From contig BCGN01000001.1 in the NCBI GenBank assembly GCA_001599295.1, positions 2,108,001 to 2,172,000 on the forward strand: a stretch of DNA of 64,000 nt. Reading direction: 5' to 3'. A program made the position numbers and the translations under genes. The stretch comes from Sporopachydermia quercuum. Lineage: Eukaryota. Shown here piece after piece: positions 1-9,626 of the stretch (its first letter is position 1; each line of letters begins with the position of its first letter). Under the pieces are notes generated by a model that was not told the origin of the DNA, did not search any database, and worked only from the letters and a program-made list of their open reading frames with translations.

Positions 1-3000
1 TTGTCTTCAGTTTATCCAGTGTCTAAAGATACACCAGAAGGAACTAAATCATGGATCCCTCTCAGGTGCTTTGCTCGTGGGAAAGTTCTTCGATCATGGA
101 ACTGTCCTGAAAGTGCGAAGCAGAAACTAAATGACAGAAATTCGAACCATACAGCATTCAAATTAAATCCATTTATTGATATTACTCTTGGTGATGAAGC
201 CTACGTATTTGAAATCCATAAATCGGGAAAATGGGGAAGAGCTTACATATTCACATTACCTGATGAACTATCTTATTTACATGGAGCGATTTTGTCGGAG
301 AAAAATGTTGCAATCAACTCAAAAATAAATTCCGAGCTTGAGAAAGCGAAACTGGATAAGCTCTATCGAACAATTGATCACTCAAATGTGAAGGTTGGGG
401 TAATTCCATTAGGAAATCTTCATGTTTATGAACAAATTGAATTTGATGATAACACTTCAATGCCCAACAAAAAACACTCGAAAGAAAGTTTTATATCCCT
501 AGAAACTCTTCAGCCAGCATTAAGTGTTACCAACGGGAAAACAAAGCCACCCCTACCTTATATTCACCAAAGGAAGTATGATTTGACATCATCTACACCT
601 AGTGCAAATAAAAATATCCTTGATGATATTAGGCTTACTTTGCATAAATGGTATCGAAACTATTTTCTACGGTTCTATGTTGACAGCGACTATACTGTTT
701 TCACGAAGCTTGCTAATATTATCGACGAATTGAATAGCCTGTACATCAAATTAGAGTATGATTTGCTAACTAAGGGTGAATTGGTAATTGCTTATAACAG
801 GACAATTTATCTACTGAATGCTGGATCAAAACTGTTGAACTACAGTCATATTTCTTTCACATCAACTGCAGGATCAATTGCTGAACCAATTGTTGTTAGA
901 AGGCCAGCTATTGCATCCAATAACACAAACTCAGGCGAAGACACTGATAATTCGTTATTTGGTCGGTTATGCGAACAAGGCGTTGATTATCCTGTTGAAA
1001 CAGCTAAACAACAAGTCCAAATGTCTTTGGCGCAAAATTACCCTACTATAGCCAATACAGAAGAAATAGAAGAAAAAGCCGGTGGAATGATGCCAAGTGA
1101 TGTTCTAGTTGATTTTAAAGCTGTTGCTGGTGATGAGTCTCTAACCAATGGTAAATTCACTGCTTATTTATATCTTCGCAATAAATCAAGAAGGATCTCC
1201 CAATCTTTTGCTATTCATATTAGCAAACGTGATGATTTTTCTTTATCTCAATTATCTGCTGCTTTGTTTAAAAATGTTCCTGCTTCTGAATATCTTAAAA
1301 GTAAGATTTACTTAGTAGCTGTATTAACAGAAGAAGTAACTATTGAGAAATCTACTACTATGAACACTAATGGCATTACTAGTACTAATGAAGCACCTGT
1401 TGGGCATACTGCTAATAACTCAAAATATGAATCAAACAATAGTAGGAAATTTAGAAGAGGAATTGCTGGGGGTGCTACCGATATTTCCAGAATCTTCCGC
1501 ATGCACGAAGGTGTTGAGAATGAGTTTATAATTCGTCTTTATTCTTCTTTCTTTACTCATAAAGATCCTAGTATTGATAATAAAGGATGGGGTCACTTGA
1601 TCGATAGAATTATTACTGGTAATAAAAAGGGAGTTGCTACAAATCCTCAAGCAAGTCAAATCGTTGTTACAGTGAAAGAATTTCGTGGTAGAATTAACAA
1701 TAATGTTAAGAGTTCCAATAATAGTGGTAGTGAATCTACTATTATTAGTACCAAAAAATCCATAGTTGGGAACAACTCAATTGCTGTTATCCCAAGTTTA
1801 TTTTATTCTCCAACTCTTGAATCGTCTTTAGCTCTTGATTCGGATACTTCTTATGTTCATATAGGAGAAGTGAATATTTTACCTTACGGTCAGACTCAGC
1901 TTAGAATCAATAAAAATGATTTAATAACGGTTCAGTTGGCTTTCTCAAATACTCATTTACAATTTCGAAAAGCAGCAAATGATGTTCTCATGAAAAAATG
2001 GAACGCAATTTCAGTTGTTTCAGGAGAAATTATTGGTGAAACGATAAGAGTTCACGGTTTGAAAGATGTATTACTGAAGGAGAGAGAAATGGGTAAAACT
2101 GAAGAGAAACGGTCTCAAGATTTTATTATTGTTCGTGGATTCGTTAATGGTGAATTTATTGGGCAAGGGAAGCTATTATTACGTGATGGCGATAAGATTA
2201 ATGATACATTCAATAACAGTAATGGTGGTGAGATTGTTAGAATATTTGGACCTGGAGGATATTCTAACGAGCAAGGATTGTTTTCTGTTGAATTAAAAGT
2301 AGAGTATATTGGTAAACTGTTCAATATGGATGATAATATAAAGAACTTAACTCAATGGAGGAAGTTGTTCCATAACGGTAACGATACTACTGATCGTAGT
2401 ATTGATATTTCTAACAATCATGATGCCATCAATTTGCTAGTCAAATCATTACAGAAAACCAAATTCATAGAATTACAACAATTCCTTAGAAACTACTCAG
2501 AACTACTTATCTGTCAGCTAGAAATCATTTCAGAATTCTCTGAAATGAATCAGCCGGATGTTGCGTTCCAAGCATTTGCTGCCATGATTCATTTATTAGA
2601 TGTTGTTATTTCTCGTCAGCCATATTATATATATTTGATAGATGAGTTCCTGGATAAATATCGCGAGAAAATATGGGAGATTCGGAACTGTGGACAGTGG
2701 TTACTCCGAATAATGATTCGGGTGTATGAAAACGGAACATCCGAACGAGATCGGGTTTTGAGGGCTTTAAGTAAAGCTTCTCATTGTGTGTTAAAAATAG
2801 CAGTTGTGCCTGAATTGGAACTACAAGAGATTATTAATAGTGGGACCAATGATGATTCTAATATTGATAGCTTTTGGGAAGAATCATCGGAATTCTCGGA
2901 ATTATTTAAGGAATTGTGCCAAACAATCAGAAAGTTCTTGTCTTTTCCGAAAGATGATTTGATCTTGGATAAAACGTCGATAACTGAATCTTTGTTTTCC

Positions 3001-6000
3001 TGTATGATTGCAGTTGAAAGAATTGTTCCAAGATCTTTCATTACAACGGAAATGATAGAATTGGTTAATAGTATAGTTATAACATCTGGGCGTAATTCAA
3101 TTCCGGCTAATGTGACTGATACGATATCTATCCGATCGGGATCTGACGAAGACTTTCGCGCTCCAAGTAGAGAGAAAAAACTTCGGATAGCTCGGCTGCT
3201 ATTAATTCAGAAGCTCCCATCATGGGGAATTTATTCCGATGGAGAATCTCGGAAGATTCTATCTTCAGAGGTAGTTAGATGGGCCAATGAAATATTTTCC
3301 TCCCCACAGGGGTTGGAATTGGATGATGTTCGGATAATCTGCAGTTGTATTTCCCAGATGGTGAAACCTTATTTGGTATCTGAAAGCTCTTCCAAGATTT
3401 CTTCTGATATTTTGCCTGCTATCTCTTCCGCTTCGCTGTTGCCTATCATTGCTCAAACAATTACAAAACTCAACAGTTATTTATCATCGAAACCAAAGTT
3501 GAAAAGAAGAACATTCACTTATCTTTTCCCTACTAGTTTCCCATTTGCTCAAATTCCTTTTGCTTCTGCTGTGCCTTTTGAATTCTTCAGTGAAGCTATC
3601 ATTGAATTATCAACAGTATTAACAATCCTGTTACAGCTTTATAAGAAATATGGAATACAAGCAGATTTCACCCAAACTCAACTAAAAACCATCATTTCTG
3701 CTTGTAAAATGTTGCTAGATTGTAATTGGTATCCAAGAACTTGGTTATCATTATATGTTATACATGTCAGAGCAGTATGCAATGCTATGGAGCTTATAAA
3801 GCCATTAATGCTTGAATTGATTCCTAGCAGAGTAGAAGATTTTGAGAAGTTTGATAGTGATATCTGGTATGAGTATTTGGTGGTATTATTTGGCATTGCT
3901 TGTAATAGACAAGTGAGCTGCTATGAAGGAATGAATGTGATAGAAAGGATTGCTAGTTTTAAACTTGCTGGGAACCTTCGCGAAGAAGCTTCGGAAGTAC
4001 TCGGAGAGGTTTGGGAAAAACTGGGATGGGCAGCCTTAGAGGAGGATTTGCAATTGTTCGGAATTTCTCGATTCGGAGGATTTCAAGTTGAATTCATGGA
4101 AACTGAAACTGAAGAGAATGTTGGAAGCGGAAAGGATAAGGATAAAGATGATACCTTGGATGAATTCGGAAATTATAATAGAAATAGTGACATGCATGTT
4201 CTAGCACCAACGCATAACATTTTAAAATATGTACTTAATGGATGTCTCCAGAATTCGATCCCCTTGCAGGAAACATGCGTCGATATTTTATGGNCAACGA
4301 TTGTTTCGGAGTCCACCTTAAACGGAGATCTTGCCGAATTTCGGACATATTGTTTAGGAAAGATTGCGGAATTGTATGAGGAGCGAGATTATTCTTTATC
4401 CGAAGAAGTAGGAACTAGGTTCATCCGGTTCTTATCGGAAACAGTTATGATCCGGGTCGAGGAAAGGTCGGAACAGAAGTCAGAACAAAGATTACATGTA
4501 ATTTCAGAAGTCTTGGGAAACATCGGGAGTAAATCAGAATTAATTCATCCGCAAGCAAAGAACTTTGCTTTGAGTGTTGAGTCTCTNGTCATGTGTATTA
4601 GTGAATTCATATCTGTTATTCATGACATGCACTCAATTCCTCCAACAAATTCATATAAAGAAGATTTAATTTTCCATAAGCTGAATATGCTTGGTTTCTT
4701 CCTTTATAGCAATCAACCAGAGTTATTCGAGCAATACATGGCTGATCTNTTACTAGCTAACAAAGATAACTCTGATTATATTCAGGCTGGGCTTGTCCTA
4801 GAGTTATTGTCATCTATTTACGATTGGGACATGCAAACGATAGTTTCCGAGATTCGGATAGACTCGGCAACCACCGGAAAAACGATTATGTACTCCGATT
4901 CAAACGTTAATTCCAACGTTAATTCCAGTGTACTGTTCGCGAGACAAACCGCTTTCCAACGGAAAGAAACCTTGTATCTCAAAATGATTGAATATTTCTC
5001 TGCAAGCAAATTATACTCAAAGGCTATTGAATTATGCAAAGAATTAGCTGCTGTGTATGAAAAAATATCGTTTGATTTATTGAAAACAGCTGGAATGCAT
5101 ATGCAAATTTGCAAGCTTTTTAACAAGCTTGAGACAGATTCAACTGCTCCGGTTCCATCCTTTTTCCGAGTTTCATATTTCGGTAATGGATTCCCGAAAT
5201 GGCTTCAAAACAGGCAATTCATCTTTGAAGGTCTTCCGTTTGAGAAATTGAGTTCTATCTATGATAGATTACTCCGACTTCATCCTGGAGCTAATATTGT
5301 AAATACAGAAAAGGATGCTAAACCATTCGGAAGATATCTTCATGTATCCGTTGTTTCTCCGTTGATTGATGTTCTAAGCCCTGTTTATCTTATCAAAAAT
5401 ACTACGACATCGGCCCGAGATTATGCTCAACATCAAGATTTACGTTATTTCTCACTGTTGAGACCAATTCCCGGTAGCAAGTCTGTTCTAGATCTTCAAG
5501 TAGAAGAAACAGTGTATGAAACGTATTTCCCCTTTCCAGCTTTAATGAAAAGAGCTGAGATCAAATCAGTTAATACGGTGACTCGTTCACCATTGGAAAA
5601 TGCTATATATACTATGATTCAAAAGATCAACGAATTGACGGCGTTAGAAAGTGCTTTCAATGTTACATTTAAGAAGAATTCTGGTAGATTTGTTAGACAA
5701 GGGAATGAAAGCTTGGCATTAGAATTAAGCAGGAATCTGACAGGAACTATTGATGCACCAGTTAATGGTGGTGTTCAACAGTATAGGGAATTCTTTACTG
5801 ATGAACGATTAGTTGATAATGAGAAATCAAGGATTCAGCTGCAATATTTACTCAATACATTCAGGGGCCTTGCTACATCTTTGAGTAATTGTTTGGATAT
5901 TCATGAGAAGGTTATTACAGAGCAATTGAAACCGGCACATAATAGTTTAGTTGGCTTGTTTAAACAAAACTTTGCACAGGAGATTGCATGGATTAATGAA

Positions 6001-6468
6001 GAAAAGAGAAAATCCAGTAACACTAATCTGAATGGAATTGGTATTAGAAATAACGAAAGAGATTCTACTGACGCTGAGTCCATTAATTCATCATTCAGTA
6101 CAATGAGCATAAGTGAAAGAATCCCTTCTCGTGTTAATAGTAGTAGCAGTAGCATTAGAAGTATTAAAACTTTCGAGATAAGAGATAGAGATAGAGATAA
6201 TGTGAAAGGATTGAGTTCTCCAATAAGCCCTAGGAGTCCTCATACACATGTCAGAAGAGGTTCAAGCTTAAGTGGACCTAGTTTCAATGCTACCGACATT
6301 ATTGAAGCTATGTCATCAAACTCACAAGCTAAACGAAGTATGCAAAATGATCTTCAAGGAAGTGAAAATGGAAGTCCGAAAGGTCTCCGAAGAGGAAGCC
6401 AGATTGATAAGCAGAGGAAAACTAATATTAGTGTGAACAACAAGCATAAGTACTCTTCAATGATTTGA
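1..6468 (+). CDS. DCK1: DOCK-family (Dock180-like) Rac/Rho5 guanine nucleotide exchange factor, 5'-truncated (ATG lies just upstream of the window)
   Basis: Open frame of 2155 codons. It has the fungal DOCK N-terminus (SWIPLRCFARGKV), a C2/DHR1 region (FAIHISKRDDF...AALFKNV...KIYLVAVLTE...FRRGIAGGATDISRIF) and DHR2 motifs (FFRVSYFGNGFP...FIFEGLPFEK; LTGTIDAPVNGGVQQYREFF). Confidence 0.93.
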   Translation: MSSVYPVSKDTPEGTKSWIPLRCFARGKVLRSWNCPESAKQKLNDRNSNHTAFKLNPFIDITLGDEAYVFEIHKSGKWGRAYIFTLPDELSYLHGAILSEKNVAINSKINSELEKAKLDKLYRTIDHSNVKVGVIPLGNLHVYEQIEFDDNTSMPNKKHSKESFISLETLQPALSVTNGKTKPPLPYIHQRKYDLTSSTPSANKNILDDIRLTLHKWYRNYFLRFYVDSDYTVFTKLANIIDELNSLYIKLEYDLLTKGELVIAYNRTIYLLNAGSKLLNYSHISFTSTAGSIAEPIVVRRPAIASNNTNSGEDTDNSLFGRLCEQGVDYPVETAKQQVQMSLAQNYPTIANTEEIEEKAGGMMPSDVLVDFKAVAGDESLTNGKFTAYLYLRNKSRRISQSFAIHISKRDDFSLSQLSAALFKNVPASEYLKSKIYLVAVLTEEVTIEKSTTMNTNGITSTNEAPVGHTANNSKYESNNSRKFRRGIAGGATDISRIFRMHEGVENEFIIRLYSSFFTHKDPSIDNKGWGHLIDRIITGNKKGVATNPQASQIVVTVKEFRGRINNNVKSSNNSGSESTIISTKKSIVGNNSIAVIPSLFYSPTLESSLALDSDTSYVHIGEVNILPYGQTQLRINKNDLITVQLAFSNTHLQFRKAANDVLMKKWNAISVVSGEIIGETIRVHGLKDVLLKEREMGKTEEKRSQDFIIVRGFVNGEFIGQGKLLLRDGDKINDTFNNSNGGEIVRIFGPGGYSNEQGLFSVELKVEYIGKLFNMDDNIKNLTQWRKLFHNGNDTTDRSIDISNNHDAINLLVKSLQKTKFIELQQFLRNYSELLICQLEIISEFSEMNQPDVAFQAFAAMIHLLDVVISRQPYYIYLIDEFLDKYREKIWEIRNCGQWLLRIMIRVYENGTSERDRVLRALSKASHCVLKIAVVPELELQEIINSGTNDDSNIDSFWEESSEFSELFKELCQTIRKFLSFPKDDLILDKTSITESLFSCMIAVERIVPRSFITTEMIELVNSIVITSGRNSIPANVTDTISIRSGSDEDFRAPSREKKLRIARLLLIQKLPSWGIYSDGESRKILSSEVVRWANEIFSSPQGLELDDVRIICSCISQMVKPYLVSESSSKISSDILPAISSASLLPIIAQTITKLNSYLSSKPKLKRRTFTYLFPTSFPFAQIPFASAVPFEFFSEAIIELSTVLTILLQLYKKYGIQADFTQTQLKTIISACKMLLDCNWYPRTWLSLYVIHVRAVCNAMELIKPLMLELIPSRVEDFEKFDSDIWYEYLVVLFGIACNRQVSCYEGMNVIERIASFKLAGNLREEASEVLGEVWEKLGWAALEEDLQLFGISRFGGFQVEFMETETEENVGSGKDKDKDDTLDEFGNYNRNSDMHVLAPTHNILKYVLNGCLQNSIPLQETCVDILWXTIVSESTLNGDLAEFRTYCLGKIAELYEERDYSLSEEVGTRFIRFLSETVMIRVEERSEQKSEQRLHVISEVLGNIGSKSELIHPQAKNFALSVESXVMCISEFISVIHDMHSIPPTNSYKEDLIFHKLNMLGFFLYSNQPELFEQYMADXLLANKDNSDYIQAGLVLELLSSIYDWDMQTIVSEIRIDSATTGKTIMYSDSNVNSNVNSSVLFARQTAFQRKETLYLKMIEYFSASKLYSKAIELCKELAAVYEKISFDLLKTAGMHMQICKLFNKLETDSTAPVPSFFRVSYFGNGFPKWLQNRQFIFEGLPFEKLSSIYDRLLRLHPGANIVNTEKDAKPFGRYLHVSVVSPLIDVLSPVYLIKNTTTSARDYAQHQDLRYFSLLRPIPGSKSVLDLQVEETVYETYFPFPALMKRAEIKSVNTVTRSPLENAIYTMIQKINELTALESAFNVTFKKNSGRFVRQGNESLALELSRNLTGTIDAPVNGGVQQYREFFTDERLVDNEKSRIQLQYLLNTFRGLATSLSNCLDIHEKVITEQLKPAHNSLVGLFKQNFAQEIAWINEEKRKSSNTNLNGIGIRNNERDSTDAESINSSFSTMSISERIPSRVNSSSSSIRSIKTFEIRDRDRDNVKGLSSPISPRSPHTHVRRGSSLSGPSFNATDIIEAMSSNSQAKRSMQNDLQGSENGSPKGLRRGSQIDKQRKTNISVNNKHKYSSMI

Positions 6469-6981
6469 GGATGATTTGATTGTTTTACTGCACTTAAACA
6501 GATAGCTCTCTTCTGACTTTTTTGGGAACATCTATCCGTTTTAGAGTACGTACAATAGGAACATTATCAATATATATAAGTTGATAAACAAATATATTGG
6601 TTATCTTCTCACTTCGTTCTACTTGTAAGAAGTATTACATAATCATAAATAATTGATTGGAGATTGATGTCTCATAAAAGGGGTATGTTTTTGCTGCTTG
6701 TAAACTGAATAAGCAAAGTTTGATTCGCTCACAAAACACAGGAAAACTGTAAAACCCGGGTAACCCTATCCAGCGAACAATTCCAAAAACCAGTTTGGAG
6801 CATTTCCANTAGTTTCTAACACAAACTCTCAGCATCGGCATAATTCAACTCTCCACTTGAACGTCAAAAACAAGAGGTATGGTATTGTATCAATNATATT
6901 TGATTACTTTTTATTATCTTCGAGGCTTAGTTTAAAAGGTTGTGAGTACTTCAACAAACATATCATTATAGTCATACAAAA

Positions 6982-7326
6982 ATGTTTTGCAGAAGTTTGA
7001 GTCACGCAGCCCGAACTGTGGCTAGAGCTGGAGCTACCCCTTTCAGTCTCACTAATGTTAGATTTGCTTCAACTTTACCAAGAAGTGACGTNGAAAGTAG
7101 AGTTATTAATACTATCAAGGCATTTGGTAAAACTGCTGAAGGAGTTGAGATTACTCCAGAATCAAATTTGACTACTGATTTGAAGTTAGACTCTTTGGAC
7201 ACTGTGGAAGCACTTGTTGCCATCGAAGAAGAATTCGACATTGAAATTCCTGACAAGGTTTCTGACGAAATCAAGACTGTCAAGCAAGCTGTTGACTATA
7301 TTGTCAGCTGCGATGACGCTCATTAA
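6982..7326 (+). CDS. ACP1: mitochondrial acyl carrier protein
   Basis: Arg-rich presequence and the phosphopantetheine motif [26 protein letters not shown]; start context CAAAAATG. Confidence 0.95.
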   Translation: MFCRSLSHAARTVARAGATPFSLTNVRFASTLPRSDXESRVINTIKAFGKTAEGVEITPESNLTTDLKLDSLDTVEALVAIEEEFDIEIPDKVSDEIKTVKQAVDYIVSCDDAH

Positions 7327-7942
7327 GCATGAAAGATGTAAAAAGGAGTTTCGCAGAAGAATCATTGAATAGGTGAATCAAGGATAAGATGTTCTACCTT
7401 TATAGTACATATACTCTAATCAAATAATCTATATTGGGAGAAGAGGATAGGATTTTGCGAAGTCTGAATAGTGGGTTAAGCAAAGATTATAAAACAGTTG
7501 GATCTGGCCAGTGGGTTGACATGTTATACAACTATTTCTTGATGAATGATTTGCTTGCTCCGTAATGTACTGTAAGAAAGCTTACCTGATTGTTCTTTCA
7601 ACTGTTGACTCTAATAGCATCATCTTACTAGTATATATTATTATCATTGACATTAACATGAATATTTATTGCACTATAGTTTGTTCATATTTGATGTATG
7701 ACTTGTTGGTATCATAAACCGATATATCTAATGCCAAATAATGAAGACTCCGGAGATAAGATTATATAAATTCTGAAACGCTAGACTTCCGACTTCCGAT
7801 ATTTGAGTATAGTTTCCGCTTTCTCTTTCCATTATCTCCATGTTTCCCTCATCTCTTCTATTTCATTTCCTTACTTATCACATCATCCTTTAATGTGCGA
7901 ATAACCTCTTTCTCCTTTCTTGCACTTTACATCTTCATTCAT

Positions 7943-7971
7943 TAGTAGTAGTAGTAGTAGTAGTAGTAGTA
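7943..7971. repeat. (TAG)9 microsatellite upstream of SDS22
   Basis: tagtagtagtagtagtagtagtagtagta, read directly. Confidence 0.95.
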
Positions 7972-8185
7972 CTAGCGTTGATTGTTATTTTTCAGAGATA
8001 ACTAACTTTACAAGCCGTTGAAAAATAGCTGACATATCAACCAAGAAGCAGACAACTTCTAGTCTATCATCAGTTTGGCACCATTGATATTGCCCTATCT
8101 TATGTAACATTAATTAAACCAAAGATAACGATAGTTGAAAATCATTCGGATAATTATTTCTATTTCCCATAACTGAAATTTAAGA

Positions 8186-9380
8186 ATGTCAGATATAGGA
8201 GAAAAGTATGTAGTGCCCAAATCTCCTAACTCTGAAAACGAGCTCTCGCAGGATGACAGTGATGATGAAGCATTGAAAGAGCCCGCTGATTCTACACGAG
8301 AATTTTCTAATGGTGTGGTGACAATGCCAGACAGAGGAGATCAAGAACCAATTGACGCTGATGAAGGTAAGTGAATTTGATTAACTATTGACCACGTTGC
8401 TTGTTAGAATTATATGAATGAGTATTCATCCGGTCATAATTCCTATATGTATCCTGTAAATTACTAACATTTCTCAAGAACTCTTGAAAGATTATGAAGA
8501 TAATACAGATTACATTGAACTTATCCACCTGAAAATCCAAGACTTCGAAGATCTAGGATTAAGCAGATTTCATTCGTTGAAAAGCCTTTGTCTACGACAA
8601 AATTTAATCGAATCCCTGCATGCTGTTAAAGACGTCTCTTCAACAATTGAAGAGTTAGACTTGTATGACAACAGAATCAAACATATTTCCAGTCAAATAT
8701 TACGACTAACAAATCTGACGATTCTGGATTTGAGTTTCAACAATATAAAACATATCAAAAACTTGGAGACATTGAAAAAGCTGAAGACGTTGTTTTTCGT
8801 TCAGAACAAAATCTCAGAAATTGAAAATCTAGATGAACTAGTTAACATAACTAGCTTAGAGCTTGGTGGTAATAGAATTAAGAAGATTGATAATCTAGGT
8901 AAACTAGAATTGCTAAACGATCTTTGGCTAGGGAAGAATAAGATTGTTAAGCTCGAAAACTTGTCAAGCCTACATAATCTGAGAGTCTTATCAATACAAT
9001 CCAATCGTATTACAAAGATTGAAGGATTAGAAGCTTTAGTTAATTTGGAAGAGTTGTACTTATCATATAATGGAATTACTAAGATTGAAGGGTTGGCAAA
9101 TAATGTTAGTCTAACTGTAATTGATGTCTCTGGTAATCAAATTGAGAAAATTGAAAATCTTTCTCATTTAAAGAAATTAACAGACTTTTGGGCTTCTTAT
9201 AATAAAATTTCTAGCTTCAATGAGATTGCTAAAGAGTTGGGATCCCTACCAGAAATTGATACAGTTTATTTTGAAGGTAATCCAATCCAGAGGGCGAATC
9301 CTGTCTTGTATCGAAATAAACTTAGATTATGTTTTGGAGAATCATTAAAGAAGATTGATGCAACTTATATTCGATTGTGA
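8186..9380 (+). CDS. SDS22: protein phosphatase 1 regulatory subunit (LRR); exons 8186-8366 and 8479-9380, about 360 aa
   Basis: Splicing joins ...IDADE|ELLKDYEDNTDYIELIHLKIQ in frame. SDS22-type LRRs (LCLRQNLIE, LDLYDNRIKHI, LSIQSNRITKIEGLE) and the LRR cap (TVYFEGNPIQ...YRNKL...LKKIDAT) follow. Confidence 0.95.
8367..8478 (+). other. spliceosomal intron of SDS22 (112 nt)
   Basis: GTAAGT donor, TACTAAC at 8462-8468 and AAG acceptor; removal restores the frame. Confidence 0.9.
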
Positions 9381-9626
9381 GATTGACCATAGTATGCTGG
9401 ATGTGTGCTTCCTGGGTGGTTATTGCTAATATTTTTACTAATAATACTACTGCTATATATTCGTGCTCCAGAACTAATCTAAACTAAATTATTAAAAAAT
9501 ACATTGGCATTTTTAATACAAATCACTCTATATACTGTAATTTCATAAAATGCTACCATTGATTAACGTTGAATATAAACTGAAAAACCAAAATCCACAT
9601 AATCCACATCATTGTATATTCTATTC

